Shown piece by piece: positions 21,537-34,103 of a stretch of 64,000 nucleotides of DNA. Position numbers and translations under genes: made by a program. This DNA is from Escherichia coli (lineage in GTDB: Bacteria; Pseudomonadota; Gammaproteobacteria; Enterobacterales; Enterobacteriaceae): NCBI RefSeq assembly GCF_003334335.1, contig NZ_QOWQ01000007.1. One strand, 5' to 3'. The notes beneath the pieces were generated by a model, which saw nothing but the letters and a program-made list of their open reading frames with translations, had not been told where the DNA came from and did not search any database. Each line of letters opens with the position of its first letter. Position 1 is the first letter of the stretch.

Positions 21537-22025
21537 ATGCTGGAAGATCTGCGCGCCAACAGCTGGAGTTTACGCCCGTGCTGCATGGTACTTGCCTATC
21601 GCGTCGCTCATTTTTGTTCGGTGTGGCGCAAAAAGAACGTCCTCAACAATCTGTGGGCGGCCCCGCTGCTGGTGCTGTATCGCATTATCACCGAATGCTT
21701 TTTCGGTTATGAAATCCAGGCCGCCGCGACCATTGGCCGCCGCTTTACTATCCATCACGGTTACGCCGTAGTGATCAATAAAAACGTGGTGGCGGGGGAT
21801 GATTTCACCATTCGCCACGGCGTCACTATCGGCAATCGTGGTGCCGATAACATGGCATGTCCACACATTGGCAACGGCGTCGAACTCGGTGCCAACGTCA
21901 TTATTCTTGGTGATATCACGCTTGGTAACAACGTCACCGTGGGTGCGGGCAGCGTGGTGCTCGACTCTGTCCCGGACAACGCGCTGGTGGTGGGAGAAAA
22001 AGCGCGAGTGAAGGTAATTAAATGA
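21537..22025 (+). CDS. wcaB: Colanic acid acetyltransferase WcaB (hexapeptide repeat)
   Basis: 162 aa; left-handed beta-helix hexapeptide repeats ('IGNGVELGANVIILGDITLGNNVTVGAGSVV'). Confidence 0.9.
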   Translation: MLEDLRANSWSLRPCCMVLAYRVAHFCSVWRKKNVLNNLWAAPLLVLYRIITECFFGYEIQAAATIGRRFTIHHGYAVVINKNVVAGDDFTIRHGVTIGNRGADNMACPHIGNGVELGANVIILGDITLGNNVTVGAGSVVLDSVPDNALVVGEKARVKVIK

Positions 22026-23239
22026 ATATTTTGCAATTTAATGTGCGACTGGCGGAAGGCGGGGCAGCAGGTGTGGCGTTAGATCTCCATCAGCGTGCGC
22101 TGCAACAGGGGCTGGCGTCACATTTTGTCTACGGTTACGGCAAAGGCGGCAAAGAGAGCGTCAGCCATCAAAACTATCCGCAGGTAATCAAACATACGCC
22201 GCGGATGACCGCGATGGCGAACATTGCACTGTTTCGTCTGTTTAATCGCGATCTGTTTGGCAATTTCAATGAGTTATATCGCACCATTACTCGCACACCG
22301 GGTCCGGTGGTCCTGCATTTTCATGTGCTGCACAGCTACTGGCTAAATCTTAAGAGCGTGGTGCGCTTTTGCGAAAAAGTGAAAAACCATAAACCGGACG
22401 TCACTGTGGTCTGGACGCTGCACGATCACTGGAGTGTAACCGGGCGCTGCGCCTTTACCGACGGTTGCGAAGGCTGGAAAACGGGTTGCCAGAAATGCCC
22501 GACCTTAAATAACTATCCGCCGGTGAAGATTGATCGCGCGCACCAGCTGGTGGCGGGCAAACGCCAGTTATTTCGTGAGATGCTGGCGCTGGGCTGTCAG
22601 TTTATTTCCCCCAGCCAGCATGTGGCTGATGCTTTCAATAGCCTGTACGGTCCAGGGCGTTGCCGGATTATCAATAATGGCATTGATATGGCAACCGAAG
22701 CGATTCTGGCGGATCTGCCTCCGGTGCGCGAAACCCAGGGCAAGCCGAAAATCGCGGTGGTGGCGCATGACCTGCGTTACGACGGCAAAACTAACCAGCA
22801 ACTGGTGCGTGAGATGATGGCGCTGGGCGACAAAATCGAACTGCATACCTTTGGTAAGTTCTCGCCGTTCACCGCTGGCAACGTGGTTAATCACGGCTTT
22901 GAAACTGACAAGCGCAAGTTGATGAGCGCGCTCAATCAGATGGATGCGCTGGTGTTCAGTTCTCGTGTCGATAACTACCCGCTGATTTTGTGTGAGGCGC
23001 TATCGATTGGTGTGCCGGTGATCGCCACCCATAGCGATGCGGCGCGGGAAGTGCTGCAAAAATCCGGAGGTAAAACTGTCAGCGAAGAAGACGTGCTGCA
23101 ACTGGTCCAGTTAAGCAAACCGGAAATCGCGCAGGCGATATTTGGTACCACGCTGGCTGAGTTCAGCCAACGCAGCCGCGCCGCCTACAGTGGACAACAG
23201 ATGCTGGAGGAGTATGTCAACTTCTATCAGAATCTGTAG
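22022..23239 (+). CDS. wcaC: Colanic acid glycosyltransferase WcaC (GT-B)
   Basis: 405 aa; start overlaps wcaB stop (ATGA). Confidence 0.9.
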   Translation: MNILQFNVRLAEGGAAGVALDLHQRALQQGLASHFVYGYGKGGKESVSHQNYPQVIKHTPRMTAMANIALFRLFNRDLFGNFNELYRTITRTPGPVVLHFHVLHSYWLNLKSVVRFCEKVKNHKPDVTVVWTLHDHWSVTGRCAFTDGCEGWKTGCQKCPTLNNYPPVKIDRAHQLVAGKRQLFREMLALGCQFISPSQHVADAFNSLYGPGRCRIINNGIDMATEAILADLPPVRETQGKPKIAVVAHDLRYDGKTNQQLVREMMALGDKIELHTFGKFSPFTAGNVVNHGFETDKRKLMSALNQMDALVFSSRVDNYPLILCEALSIGVPVIATHSDAAREVLQKSGGKTVSEEDVLQLVQLSKPEIAQAIFGTTLAEFSQRSRAAYSGQQMLEEYVNFYQNL

Positions 23240-24431
23240 CTACCTGTTGCTGCCGCTGATTTATCTGCTGGTTAACGTCAAAATCGCCCAGCTTGGCGAA
23301 AGTTTCCCCATCACCATCGTCACTTTTTTACCTGTCTTGTTACTGCTGTTTTTAGAACGCATCAGCGTTAAAAAATTGATGATTGCCTTAGGGATTGGCG
23401 CGGGACTCACGGCGTTTAACTATCTGTTTGGTCAGTCGCTGGATGCCAGTAAATACGTCACTTCAACTATGCTGTTTGTCTATATTGTGATCATTATTGG
23501 CATGGTGTGGAGTATTCGTTTTAAAACAATTTCGCCACACAACCATCGCAAGATATTACGTTTCTTTTATCTGGTGGTCGGGCTGGTGGTGGCGCTGGCG
23601 GCGGTGGAGATGGCACAAATTATCCTCACCGGTGGCAGCAGTATTATGGAGTCGATTTCGAAATATCTGATTTACAGCAACAGCTATGTGCTGAATTTCA
23701 TTAAATTCGGCGGCAAGCGCACGACAGCACTTTATTTCGAACCGGCATTTTTCGCTCTGGCATTAATCTCAATTTGGCTCAGCATCAAACAGTTTGGTAT
23801 CAAAACGCCTAAAACAGATGCTATGATTCTCGCAGGGATAATATTATCCGGATCGTTTTCAGGGGTTATGACCTTTATCCTGTTTTATTTGCTGGAGTGG
23901 GCGTTTCAATATCTGAATAAAGAGGCGATTAAGAAAAAGTTACCGTTAGCATTGATTTCTCTGGCTGTATTCCTGGTTGGTGTGGTAATCGCGTTTCCTT
24001 ATATTTCCACCCGTCTGGGCGATTTAGGTACGGAAGGATCGTCATCATATTATCGTATTGTCGGTCCGCTGGTGATGGTCGGTTATTCTTTGACCCATAT
24101 TGACGGTGTAGTCAGATTTGGCTCACTTTATGAATATGTCGCATCATTCGGAATATTTAACGGTGCGGATGTCGGAAAAACCATAGACAATGGTTTGTAT
24201 CTGCTGATTATTTATTTTTCCTGGTTCGCGGTGTTTTTATCGCTGTGGTACATGGGGAAAGTGATAAAAATGATGATCAACGCTTTTGGTGATAACCGCA
24301 ATTTTCGCGTGCAATTATATCTTTTTACTCCGGTATCGCTGTTTTTTACCGGTTCGATATTTAGCCCGGAATATGCATTTTTAATCGTCTGTCCGTTTAT
24401 TTTGCGAAAAGCGTTAAATATTACGAGGTAA
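23214..24431 (+). CDS. wcaD: Putative colanic acid polymerase WcaD (Wzy-like)
   Basis: Start at internal ATG 23214 ([10 protein letters not shown]...) giving 405 aa; polytopic membrane protein. Confidence 0.85.
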   Translation: MSTSIRICSYLLLPLIYLLVNVKIAQLGESFPITIVTFLPVLLLLFLERISVKKLMIALGIGAGLTAFNYLFGQSLDASKYVTSTMLFVYIVIIIGMVWSIRFKTISPHNHRKILRFFYLVVGLVVALAAVEMAQIILTGGSSIMESISKYLIYSNSYVLNFIKFGGKRTTALYFEPAFFALALISIWLSIKQFGIKTPKTDAMILAGIILSGSFSGVMTFILFYLLEWAFQYLNKEAIKKKLPLALISLAVFLVGVVIAFPYISTRLGDLGTEGSSSYYRIVGPLVMVGYSLTHIDGVVRFGSLYEYVASFGIFNGADVGKTIDNGLYLLIIYFSWFAVFLSLWYMGKVIKMMINAFGDNRNFRVQLYLFTPVSLFFTGSIFSPEYAFLIVCPFILRKALNITR

Positions 24432-24441
24432 GAATAAGAAC

Positions 24442-25188
24442 ATGTTGCTTAGCATAATCACTGTCGCGTTTCGTAACCTCGAAGGGATAGTCAAAACACA
24501 TGCCTCGCTGGCGCATCTGGCGCAGGCGGAAGATATCAGCTTCGAATGGATTGTTGTCGATGGCGGTTCCAATGACGGCACCCGTGAGTATCTGGAAAAT
24601 CTCAATGGTATCTATAACCTACGCTTTGTCAGCGAGCCAGATAACGGTATCTACGACGCCATGAACAAAGGCATTACGATGGCACAAGGCAAGTTCGCGT
24701 TGTTTCTCAATTCGGGCGATATTTTTCATCAGGATGCCGCAAATTTTGTCCGTAAGTTAAAAATGCAAAAAGATAACATGATGATCACCGGCGATGCGCT
24801 GCTGGATTTTGGCGACGGGCATAAAATTAAACGTAGCGCCAAACCGGGCTGGTATATTTATCACAGCCTGCCCGCCAGTCATCAGGCGATATTTTTCCCT
24901 GTATCCGGCTTGAAAAAATGGCGTTATGACCTGGAATATAAAGTTTCTTCCGACTACGCGCTGGCAGCCAAAATGTATAAAGCCGGTTATGCATTTAAAA
25001 AACTCAATGGCCTGGTGTCTGAATTTTCCATGGGTGGGGTATCTACCACCAATAATATGGAATTGTGTGCTGACGCGAAAAAAGCCCAACGACAAATATT
25101 ACATGTACCTGGCTTTTGGGCTGAATTATCCTGGCATTTACGCCAACGTACTACCTCAAAGACGAAAGCCTTATATAACAAAGTCTGA
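24442..25188 (+). CDS. wcaE: Colanic acid glycosyltransferase WcaE (GT2)
   Basis: 248 aa; 'SIITVAFRN...[12 protein letters not shown]' GT2 motif. Confidence 0.9.
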   Translation: MLLSIITVAFRNLEGIVKTHASLAHLAQAEDISFEWIVVDGGSNDGTREYLENLNGIYNLRFVSEPDNGIYDAMNKGITMAQGKFALFLNSGDIFHQDAANFVRKLKMQKDNMMITGDALLDFGDGHKIKRSAKPGWYIYHSLPASHQAIFFPVSGLKKWRYDLEYKVSSDYALAAKMYKAGYAFKKLNGLVSEFSMGGVSTTNNMELCADAKKAQRQILHVPGFWAELSWHLRQRTTSKTKALYNKV

Positions 25189-25203
25189 ATATAAGGAGAA
25201 CCA

Positions 25204-25752
25204 ATGCAAGATTTAAGCGGTTTCTCGGTGCCGAAAGGGTTCCGGGGCGGCAACGCTATTAAAGTGCAATTATGGTGGGCAGTACAGGCAACAATATTTG
25301 CCTGGTCGCCACAAGTATTGTATCGCTGGCGGGCATTTTTATTACGTTTATTCGGCGCAAAAATAGGAAAAAACGTAGTTATTCGTCCGTCAGTAAAAAT
25401 TACCTATCCGTGGAAATTAACCTTAGGTGATTACGCGTGGGTCGGCGATGACGTCAATTTATATACCCTCGGTGAAATAACCATTGGCGCACATTCGGTG
25501 ATATCGCAAAAAAGTTATTTATGCACCGGTAGCCACGACCATGCAAGTCAACATTTCACCATTAATGCTACGCCTATTGTGATTGGCGAGAAATGCTGGC
25601 TGGCAACCGATGTTTTTGTTGCCCCTGGCGTCACGATTGGCGACGGCACCGTCGTGGGTGCACGAAGCAGTGTTTTTAAAACGCTTCCGGCAAATGTGGT
25701 TTGCCGGGGGAATCCCGCAGTGGTGATACGCGAACGCGTTGAAACTGAATAA
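25204..25752 (+). CDS. wcaF: Colanic acid acetyltransferase WcaF (hexapeptide repeat)
   Basis: 182 aa; hexapeptide repeats. Confidence 0.9.
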   Translation: MQDLSGFSVPKGFRGGNAIKVQLWWAVQATIFAWSPQVLYRWRAFLLRLFGAKIGKNVVIRPSVKITYPWKLTLGDYAWVGDDVNLYTLGEITIGAHSVISQKSYLCTGSHDHASQHFTINATPIVIGEKCWLATDVFVAPGVTIGDGTVVGARSSVFKTLPANVVCRGNPAVVIRERVETE

Positions 25753-25778
25753 ATTCAAAAAATACAGAGGAATAAGAC

Positions 25779-26900
25779 ATGTCAAAAGTCGCTCTCATCA
25801 CCGGTGTAACCGGACAAGACGGTTCTTACCTGGCAGAGTTTCTGCTGGAAAAAGGTTACGAGGTGCATGGTATTAAGCGTCGTGCATCGTCATTCAACAC
25901 CGAGCGCGTGGATCACATTTATCAGGATCCGCACACCTGCAACCCGAAATTCCATCTGCATTATGGCGACCTGAGTGATACCTCCAACCTGACACGCATT
26001 TTGCGTGAAGTGCAGCCGGATGAAGTTTACAACCTGGGCGCAATGAGCCACGTTGCGGTTTCTTTTGAGTCACCGGAATATACCGCAGACGTCGATGCGA
26101 TGGGTACGCTGCGCCTGCTCGAGGCGATCCGCTTCCTCGGTCTGGAAAAGAAAACCCGTTTCTATCAGGCTTCCACCTCTGAACTGTATGGTCTGGTGCA
26201 GGAAATTCCGCAGAAAGAAACCACGCCGTTCTACCCACGCTCTCCGTATGCTGTCGCCAAACTGTACGCCTACTGGATCACCGTTAACTACCGCGAATCC
26301 TACGGCATGTACGCCTGTAACGGTATTCTCTTCAACCATGAATCCCCGCGCCGCGGCGAAACCTTCGTTACCCGCAAAATCACCCGCGCAATCGCCAATA
26401 TCGCCCAGGGGCTGGAGTCGTGCCTGTACCTCGGCAATATGGATTCCCTGCGTGACTGGGGCCACGCCAAAGACTACGTAAAAATGCAGTGGATGATGCT
26501 GCAACAGGAACAGCCGGAAGATTTCGTTATCGCGACCGGCGTTCAGTACTCCGTGCGTCAGTTCGTGGAAATGGCAGCGGCACAGCTGGGCATCAAACTG
26601 CGCTTTGAAGGCACGGGTGTTGAAGAGAAGGGCATTGTGGTTTCCGTCACCGGGCATGACGCGCCGGGCGTTAAACCGGGTGATGTGATTATCGCCGTTG
26701 ATCCGCGTTACTTCCGTCCGGCTGAAGTTGAAACGCTGCTCGGCGACCCGACCAAAGCGCACGAAAAACTGGGCTGGAAACCGGAAATCACCCTCAGAGA
26801 GATGGTGTCTGAAATGGTGGCTAATGACCTCGAAGCGGCGAAAAAACACTCTCTGCTGAAATCTCACGGCTACGACGTGGCGATCGCGCTGGAGTCATAA
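25779..26900 (+). CDS. gmd: GDP-mannose 4,6-dehydratase (colanic acid copy)
   Basis: 373 aa; '[17 protein letters not shown]' Rossmann motif; high GC. Confidence 0.95.
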
Positions 26901-26902
26901 GC

Positions 26903-27868
26903 ATGAGTAAACAACGCATTTTTATCGCTGGCCATCGTGGGATGGTCGGTTCTGCCATCAGGCGGCAGCTCGAACAGCGCGGTGATGTGGAACTGGTATT
27001 ACGCACCCGCGACGAGCTGAACCTGCTGGACAGCCGCGCGGTGCATGATTTCTTTGCCAGCGAACGCATTGACCAGGTCTATCTGGCGGCGGCGAAAGTG
27101 GGCGGCATTGTTGCCAACAACACCTATCCGGCGGATTTCATCTACCAGAACATGATGATTGAGAGCAACATCATTCACGCCGCGCATCAGAACGACGTGA
27201 ACAAACTGCTGTTTCTTGGATCGTCCTGTATCTACCCGAAACTGGCAAAACAGCCGATGGCAGAAAGCGAGTTATTGCAGGGCACGCTGGAGCCGACCAA
27301 CGAGCCTTACGCCATTGCCAAAATCGCCGGGATCAAACTGTGCGAATCATACAACCGCCAGTACGGACGCGATTACCGCTCAGTCATGCCGACCAACCTG
27401 TATGGCCCGCATGACAACTTCCACCCGAGTAATTCGCATGTGATCCCTGCATTGCTGCGTCGCTTCCACGAGGCGACGGCACAGAATGCACCGGACGTGG
27501 TGGTATGGGGCAGCGGTACACCGATGCGTGAATTCCTGCACGTCGATGATATGGCGGCGGCGAGCATTCATGTCATGGAGCTGGCGCACGAAGTCTGGCT
27601 GGAGAACACCCAGCCGATGCTGTCGCACATTAACGTCGGCACGGGCGTTGACTGCACTATCCGCGAGCTGGCGCAAACCATCGCCAAAGTGGTGGGTTAC
27701 AAAGGTCGGGTGGTTTTTGATGCCAGCAAACCGGATGGTACGCCGCGCAAACTGCTTGATGTGACGCGCCTGCATCAGCTTGGCTGGTATCACGAAATCT
27801 CACTGGAAGCGGGGCTTGCCAGCACTTACCAGTGGTTCCTTGAGAATCAAGACCGCTTTCGGGGGTAA
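26903..27868 (+). CDS. fcl: GDP-L-fucose synthase (colanic acid copy)
   Basis: 321 aa; '[12 protein letters not shown]' NADP-binding motif. Confidence 0.95.
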   Translation: MSKQRIFIAGHRGMVGSAIRRQLEQRGDVELVLRTRDELNLLDSRAVHDFFASERIDQVYLAAAKVGGIVANNTYPADFIYQNMMIESNIIHAAHQNDVNKLLFLGSSCIYPKLAKQPMAESELLQGTLEPTNEPYAIAKIAGIKLCESYNRQYGRDYRSVMPTNLYGPHDNFHPSNSHVIPALLRRFHEATAQNAPDVVVWGSGTPMREFLHVDDMAAASIHVMELAHEVWLENTQPMLSHINVGTGVDCTIRELAQTIAKVVGYKGRVVFDASKPDGTPRKLLDVTRLHQLGWYHEISLEAGLASTYQWFLENQDRFRG

Positions 27869-28350
27869 TGATGTTTTTACGTCAGGAAGACTTTGCCACG
27901 GTAGTGCGCTCCACCCCGCTTGTCTCTCTCGACTTTATTGTCGAGAACAGTCGCGGCGAGTTTCTGCTTGGCAAAAGAACCAACCGCCCGGCGCAGGGTT
28001 ACTGGTTTGTGCCGGGAGGGCGCGTGCAGAAAGACGAAACGCTGGAAGCCGCATTTGAGCGGCTGACGATGGCGGAACTGGGGCTGCGTCTGCCGATAAC
28101 AGCAGGCCAGTTTTACGGTGTCTGGCAGCACTTTTATGACGATAACTTCTCCGGCACGGATTTCACCACTCACTATGTGGTGCTCGGTTTTCGCTTCAGA
28201 GTAGCGGAAGAAGAACTGTTACTGCCGGATGAGCAGCATGACGATTACCGCTGGCTGACGCCGGACGCACTGCTCGCCAGTGACAATGTTCACGCTAACA
28301 GCCGCGCCTATTTTCTCGCTGAGAAGCGTGCCGGAGTACCCGGATTATGA
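27868..28350 (+). CDS. gmm: GDP-mannose mannosyl hydrolase (Nudix), colanic acid copy
   Basis: 160 aa; Nudix box '[23 protein letters not shown]'. Confidence 0.9.
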   Translation: MMFLRQEDFATVVRSTPLVSLDFIVENSRGEFLLGKRTNRPAQGYWFVPGGRVQKDETLEAAFERLTMAELGLRLPITAGQFYGVWQHFYDDNFSGTDFTTHYVVLGFRFRVAEEELLLPDEQHDDYRWLTPDALLASDNVHANSRAYFLAEKRAGVPGL

Positions 28351-29570
28351 AAATACTGGTCTACGGCATTAACTACTCGCCGGAGTTAACCGGCATCGGC
28401 AAATACACCGGAGAAATGGTGGAATGGCTGGCGGCGCAAGGTCATGAGGTGCGGGTTATTACCGCACCGCCTTACTACCCGCAGTGGCAGGTGGGCGAGA
28501 ACTATTCCGCCTGGCGCTACAAACGAGAAGAGGGGGCCGCCACGGTGTGGCGCTGCCCGCTGTACGTGCCAAAACAGCCGAGCACCCTGAAACGCCTGTT
28601 GCATCTCGGCAGTTTTGCCGTCAGCAGTTTTTTCCCGTTGATGGCGCAACGTCGCTGGAAGCCGGTTCGCATTATCGGCGTGGTGCCAACGCTGTTTTGC
28701 ACGCCGGGAATGCGCCTGCTGGCGAAACTCTCTGGTGCGCGTACCGTGCTGCATATTCAGGATTACGAAGTGGACGCCATGCTGGGGCTGGGCCTTGCCG
28801 GAAAAGGCAAAGGCGGCAAAGTGGCACAGCTGGCAACGGCGTTCGAACGTAGCGGACTGCATAACGTCGATAACGTCTCCACGATTTCGCGTTCGATGAT
28901 GAATAAAGCCATCGAAAAAGGCGTGGCGGCGGAAAACGTCATCTTCTTCCCCAACTGGTCGGAAATCGCCCGTTTTCAGCATGTTGCAGACACCGATGTT
29001 GATGCCCTTCGTAACCAGCTTGGCCTGCCGGATAACAAAAAAAACATTCTTTACTCCGGCAATATTGGTGAAAAGCAGGGGCTGGAAAACGTTATTGAAG
29101 CTGCCGATCGTCTGCGCGATGAACCGCTGATTTTTGCCATTGTCGGGCAGGGCGGCGGCAAAGCGCGGCTGGAAAAAATGGCGCAGCAGCGTGGACTGCG
29201 CAACATGCAATTTTTCCCGCTGCAATCGTATGACGCTTTACCCGCACTGCTGAAGATGGGCGATTGCCATCTGGTGGTGCAAAAACGCGGCGCGGCAGAT
29301 GCCGTATTGCCGTCGAAACTGACCAATATTCTGGCGGTAGGCGGTAACGCGGTGATTACCGCAGAAGCCCACACAGAACTGGGACAGCTTTGCGAAACCT
29401 TTCCGGGCATTGCGGTTTGCGTGGAACCGGAATCGGTCGAGGCGCTGGTGGCGGGGATCCGTCAGGCGCTCCTGCTGCCCAAACACAACACGGTGGCACG
29501 TGAATATGCCGAACGCACACTCGATAAAGAGAACGTGTTACGTCAATTTATAAATGATATTCGGGGATAA
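28347..29570 (+). CDS. wcaI: Colanic acid glycosyltransferase WcaI (GT-B)
   Basis: 407 aa; overlaps gmm stop. Confidence 0.9.
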   Translation: MKILVYGINYSPELTGIGKYTGEMVEWLAAQGHEVRVITAPPYYPQWQVGENYSAWRYKREEGAATVWRCPLYVPKQPSTLKRLLHLGSFAVSSFFPLMAQRRWKPVRIIGVVPTLFCTPGMRLLAKLSGARTVLHIQDYEVDAMLGLGLAGKGKGGKVAQLATAFERSGLHNVDNVSTISRSMMNKAIEKGVAAENVIFFPNWSEIARFQHVADTDVDALRNQLGLPDNKKNILYSGNIGEKQGLENVIEAADRLRDEPLIFAIVGQGGGKARLEKMAQQRGLRNMQFFPLQSYDALPALLKMGDCHLVVQKRGAADAVLPSKLTNILAVGGNAVITAEAHTELGQLCETFPGIAVCVEPESVEALVAGIRQALLLPKHNTVAREYAERTLDKENVLRQFINDIRG

Positions 29571-29572
29571 TT

Positions 29573-31009
29573 ATGGCGCAGTCGAAACTCTATCCAGTTG
29601 TGATGGCAGGTGGCTCCGGTAGCCGCTTATGGCCGCTTTCCCGCGTACTTTACCCCAAGCAGTTTTTATGCCTGAAAGGCGATCTCACCATGCTGCAAAC
29701 CACCATCTGCCGCCTGAACGGCGTGGAGTGCGAAAGCCCGGTGGTGATTTGCAATGAGCAGCACCGCTTTATTGTCGCGGAACAGCTGCGTCAACTGAAC
29801 AAACTCACCGAGAACATTATTCTCGAACCGGCAGGGCGTAACACTGCACCTGCCATTGCACTGGCGGCGCTGGCGGCAAAACGTCATAGCCCGGAGAGCG
29901 ACCCGTTAATGCTGGTGCTGGCGGCGGATCATGTGATTGCCGATGAAGACGCGTTCCGTGCCGCCGTGCGTAATGCCATGCCGTATGCCGAAGCGGGCAA
30001 GCTGGTGACCTTCGGCATTGTGCCGGATCTACCTGAAACCGGATATGGCTATATTCGTCGCGGTGAAGTGTCGGCGGGTGAGCAGGATACGGTGGCCTTT
30101 GAAGTGGCGCAGTTTGTCGAAAAACCGAATCTGGAAACCGCCCAGGCCTATGTGGCAAGCGGCGAATATTACTGGAACAGCGGCATGTTCCTGTTCCGCG
30201 CCGGACGCTATCTCGAAGAACTGAAAAAATATCGCCCGGATATTCTCGACGCCTGTGAACAAGCGATGAGCGCCGTCGATCCGGATCTCGATTTTATTCG
30301 CGTGGATGAAGAAGCGTTTCTGGCCTGCCCGGAAGAGTCGGTGGATTACGCGGTCATGGAACGTACGGCAGATGCCGTTGTGGTGCCGATGGATGCGGGC
30401 TGGAGCGATGTCGGTTCCTGGTCTTCATTATGGGAGATCAGCGCCCACACCGCCGAGGGCAACGTTTGCCACGGTGATGTGATTAATCACAAAACTGAAA
30501 ACAGCTATGTGTACGCCGAATCTGGCCTGGTCACCACCGTCGGGGTGAAAGATCTGGTAGTGGTGCAGACCAAAGATGCGGTGCTGATTGCCGACCGTAA
30601 CGCGGTGCAGGATGTGAAAAAAGTGGTCGAGCAGATCAAAGCCGATGGTCGCCATGAGCATCGGGTGCATCGCGAAGTGTATCGTCCGTGGGGCAAATAT
30701 GACTCTATCGACGCGGGCGACCGCTACCAGGTGAAACGCATCACCGTGAAACCGGGCGAGGGCTTGTCGGTACAGATGCACCATCACCGCGCGGAACACT
30801 GGGTAGTGGTCGCGGGAACGGCAAAAGTCACCATTGATGGTGATATCAAACTGCTTGGTGAAAACGAGTCCATTTATATTCCGCTGGGGGCGACGCACTG
30901 CCTGGAAAACCCGGGGAAAATTCCGCTCGATTTAATTGAAGTGCGCTCCGGCTCTTATCTCGAAGAGGATGATGTGGTGCGCTTCGCGGATCGCTACGGA
31001 CGGGTGTAA
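29573..31009 (+). CDS. cpsB: Mannose-1-phosphate guanylyltransferase (colanic acid copy)
   Basis: 478 aa; '[16 protein letters not shown]' nucleotidyltransferase motif. Confidence 0.95.
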   Translation: MAQSKLYPVVMAGGSGSRLWPLSRVLYPKQFLCLKGDLTMLQTTICRLNGVECESPVVICNEQHRFIVAEQLRQLNKLTENIILEPAGRNTAPAIALAALAAKRHSPESDPLMLVLAADHVIADEDAFRAAVRNAMPYAEAGKLVTFGIVPDLPETGYGYIRRGEVSAGEQDTVAFEVAQFVEKPNLETAQAYVASGEYYWNSGMFLFRAGRYLEELKKYRPDILDACEQAMSAVDPDLDFIRVDEEAFLACPEESVDYAVMERTADAVVVPMDAGWSDVGSWSSLWEISAHTAEGNVCHGDVINHKTENSYVYAESGLVTTVGVKDLVVVQTKDAVLIADRNAVQDVKKVVEQIKADGRHEHRVHREVYRPWGKYDSIDAGDRYQVKRITVKPGEGLSVQMHHHRAEHWVVVAGTAKVTIDGDIKLLGENESIYIPLGATHCLENPGKIPLDLIEVRSGSYLEEDDVVRFADRYGRV

Positions 31010-31010
31010 A

Positions 31011-31111
<101 letters not shown>

Positions 31112-31201
31112 AATGAATGCGAAACCGAGATGTAAATAACGACAAAAACAAAATTGGCCGTTTCGGTCAGGGCCAACTATTGCCTGAAAAAGGGTAACGA
31201 C

Positions 31202-32572
31202 ATGAAAAAATTAACCTGCTTTAAAGCCTATGATATTCGCGGGAAATTAGGCGAAGAACTGAATGAAGATATCGCCTGGCGCATTGGTCGCGCCTATGGC
31301 GAATTTCTCAAACCGAAAACCATTGTGTTAGGCGGTGATGTCCGTCTCACCAGCGAAACCTTAAAACTGGCGCTGGCAAAAGGTTTACAGGATGCGGGCG
31401 TTGACGTGCTGGATATTGGTATGTCCGGCACCGAAGAGATCTATTTCGCCACGTTCCATCTCGGCGTGGATGGCGGCATTGAAGTTACCGCCAGCCATAA
31501 TCCGATGGATTATAACGGCATGAAGCTGGTTCGCGAGGGGGCTCGCCCGATCAGCGGAGATACCGGACTGCGCGACGTCCAGCGTCTGGCTGAAGCCAAC
31601 GACTTTCCTCCCGTCGATGAAACCAAACGCGGTCGCTATCAGCAAATCAACCTGCGTGACGCTTACGTTGATCACCTGTTCGGTTATATCAATGTCAAAA
31701 ACCTCACGCCGCTCAAGCTGGTGATTAACTCCGGGAATGGCGCAGCGGGTCCGGTGGTGGACGCCATTGAAGCCCGCTTTAAAGCCCTTGGCGCACCCGT
31801 GGAATTAATCAAAGTGCACAACACGCCGAACGGCAATTTCCCCAACGGTATTCCTAACCCGCTACTGCCGGAATGCCGCGACGACACCCGCAATGCGGTC
31901 ATCAAACACGGCGCGGATATGGGCATTGCCTTTGATGGCGATTTTGACCGCTGCTTCCTGTTTGACGAAAAAGGGCAGTTTATCGAAGGCTACTACATTG
32001 TCGGCCTGCTGGCAGAAGCGTTCCTCGAAAAAAATCCCGGCGCGAAGATCATCCACGATCCACGTCTCTCCTGGAATACCGTTGATGTGGTGACTGCCGC
32101 TGGCGGCACGCCGGTGATGTCGAAAACCGGACACGCCTTTATTAAAGAACGTATGCGCAAGGAAGACGCCATCTACGGTGGCGAAATGAGCGCCCACCAT
32201 TACTTCCGTGATTTCGCTTACTGCGACAGCGGCATGATCCCGTGGCTGCTGGTCGCCGAACTGGTGTGCCTGAAAGATAAAACGCTGGGCGAACTGGTAC
32301 GCGACCGGATGGCGGCGTTTCCGGCAAGCGGTGAGATCAACAGCAAACTGGCGCAACCCGTTGAGGCGATTAACCGCGTGGAACAGCATTTTAGCCGTGA
32401 GGCGCTGGCGGTGGATCGCACCGATGGCATCAGCATGACCTTTGCCGACTGGCGCTTTAACCTGCGCACCTCCAATACCGAACCGGTGGTGCGCCTGAAT
32501 GTGGAATCGCGCGGTGATGTGCCGCTGATGGAAGCGCGAACGCGAACTCTGCTGACGTTGCTGAACGAGTAA
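31202..32572 (+). CDS. cpsG: Phosphomannomutase (colanic acid copy)
   Basis: Start at ATG 31202 ([14 protein letters not shown]...) giving 456 aa; active-site 'TASHNP'. Confidence 0.93.
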   Translation: MKKLTCFKAYDIRGKLGEELNEDIAWRIGRAYGEFLKPKTIVLGGDVRLTSETLKLALAKGLQDAGVDVLDIGMSGTEEIYFATFHLGVDGGIEVTASHNPMDYNGMKLVREGARPISGDTGLRDVQRLAEANDFPPVDETKRGRYQQINLRDAYVDHLFGYINVKNLTPLKLVINSGNGAAGPVVDAIEARFKALGAPVELIKVHNTPNGNFPNGIPNPLLPECRDDTRNAVIKHGADMGIAFDGDFDRCFLFDEKGQFIEGYYIVGLLAEAFLEKNPGAKIIHDPRLSWNTVDVVTAAGGTPVMSKTGHAFIKERMRKEDAIYGGEMSAHHYFRDFAYCDSGMIPWLLVAELVCLKDKTLGELVRDRMAAFPASGEINSKLAQPVEAINRVEQHFSREALAVDRTDGISMTFADWRFNLRTSNTEPVVRLNVESRGDVPLMEARTRTLLTLLNE

Positions 32573-32582
32573 TGTCATTACT

Positions 32583-32678
32583 TTCCCCCTCACCCTGACG
32601 CTCTACTGCCTGCGGAGAGAAGTGAGCACGGAACTTTCTTCTCCCCCTCGCCCCTTTGGGGAGAGGGCCGGGGTGAGG
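32583..32678. repeat. GC-rich nested palindromic intergenic element (boxC-like) between cpsG and wcaJ
   Basis: 'ttccccctcaccc' and 'ttctccccctcgccc' direct repeats plus inverted 'ggggtgaggggcgagg'; family assignment from memory only. Confidence 0.4.
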
Positions 32679-32707
32679 GGCGAGGCGACAATAGAACAGG
32701 AACAACG

Positions 32708-34102
32708 ATGACAAATCTAAAAAAGCGCGAGCGAGCGAAAACCAATGCATCGTTAATCTCTATGGTGCAACGCTTTTCAGATATCACCATCATGTTTGCC
32801 GGACTATGGCTGGTTTGCGAAGTCAGCGGACTGTCATTCCTCTACATGCACCTGTTGGTGGCGCTGATTACGCTGGTGGTGTTCCAGATGCTGGGCGGCA
32901 TCACCGATTTTTATCGCTCATGGCGCGGTGTTCGGGCAGCGACAGAATTTGCCCTGTTGCTACAAAACTGGACCTTAAGCGTGATTTTCAGCGCCGGACT
33001 GGTGGCGTTCAACAATGATTTCGACACGCAACTGAAAATCTGGCTGGCGTGGTATGGGCTGACCAGTATCGGACTGGTGGTTTGCCGTTCATGTATTCGT
33101 ATTGGGGCGGGCTGGCTGCGTAATCATGGCTATAACAAGCGCATGGTCGCCGTAGCGGGGGATTTAGCCGCCGGACAAATGCTGATGGAGAGCTTCCGTA
33201 ATCAGCCGTGGTTAGGGTTTGAAGTGGTGGGGGTTTACCACGACCCGAAACCGGGCGGCGTTTCTAACGACTGGGCGGGCAATCTTCAACAGCTGGTCGA
33301 GGACGCGAAAGCGGGCAAGATTCATAACGTCTATATCGCGATGCAAATGTGCGACGGCGCGCGAGTGAAAAAACTGGTCCATCAATTGGCGGACACCACC
33401 TGTTCGGTGTTGCTGATCCCCGATGTCTTTACCTTCAACATTCTCCATTCACGTCTTGAAGAGATGAACGGCGTTCCGGTGGTGCCGCTTTACGACACGC
33501 CGCTTTCCGGGGTTAACCGCCTGCTCAAACGTGCGGAAGACATTGTGCTGGCGACGCTTATTCTGCTGCTGATCTCCCCGGTGCTGTGCTGTATTGCGCT
33601 GGCGGTGAAACTCAGTTCACCAGGGCCGGTTATTTTCCGCCAGACTCGCTATGGCATGGATGGCAAACCGATCAAAGTGTGGAAGTTCCGTTCGATGAAA
33701 GTGATGGAGAACGACAAAGTGGTGACTCAGGCGACGCAGAACGATCCGCGCGTCACCAAAGTGGGGAACTTTCTGCGCCGCACCTCGCTGGATGAACTGC
33801 CGCAGTTTATCAATGTGCTGACCGGGGGGATGTCGATTGTGGGGCCACGTCCGCACGCAGTAGCGCATAACGAACAGTATCGCCAGCTCATTGAAGGCTA
33901 CATGCTGCGCCATAAAGTGAAACCGGGCATTACTGGCTGGGCGCAGATTAACGGCTGGCGCGGCGAAACCGACACGCTGGAGAAAATGGAAAAACGCGTC
34001 GAGTTCGACCTTGAGTACATCCGCGAATGGAGCGTCTGGTTCGATATCAAAATCGTTTTCCTGACGGTGTTCAAAGGTTTCGTTAACAAAGCGGCATATT
34101 GA
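32708..34102 (+). CDS. wcaJ: Undecaprenyl-phosphate glucose-1-phosphate transferase WcaJ
   Basis: 464 aa; N-terminal TM segments and C-terminal sugar-transferase domain ('VGPRPHAV'). Confidence 0.93.
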   Translation: MTNLKKRERAKTNASLISMVQRFSDITIMFAGLWLVCEVSGLSFLYMHLLVALITLVVFQMLGGITDFYRSWRGVRAATEFALLLQNWTLSVIFSAGLVAFNNDFDTQLKIWLAWYGLTSIGLVVCRSCIRIGAGWLRNHGYNKRMVAVAGDLAAGQMLMESFRNQPWLGFEVVGVYHDPKPGGVSNDWAGNLQQLVEDAKAGKIHNVYIAMQMCDGARVKKLVHQLADTTCSVLLIPDVFTFNILHSRLEEMNGVPVVPLYDTPLSGVNRLLKRAEDIVLATLILLLISPVLCCIALAVKLSSPGPVIFRQTRYGMDGKPIKVWKFRSMKVMENDKVVTQATQNDPRVTKVGNFLRRTSLDELPQFINVLTGGMSIVGPRPHAVAHNEQYRQLIEGYMLRHKVKPGITGWAQINGWRGETDTLEKMEKRVEFDLEYIREWSVWFDIKIVFLTVFKGFVNKAAY

Positions 34103-34103
34103 T

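Noticed and set aside
26070-26867. Long antisense ORFs inside GC-rich genes (for example 26070-26867 in gmd, 28386-29225 in wcaI, 31862-32593 in cpsG, 19180-19740 in wzc, 33617-34216 in wcaJ, 36202-36867 in wcaK, 37824-38345 in wcaL)
   Set aside because: They lie fully within strongly supported genes on the opposite strand, have low-complexity Arg/His/Gln-rich translations typical of GC-rich antisense frames, and have no start context.
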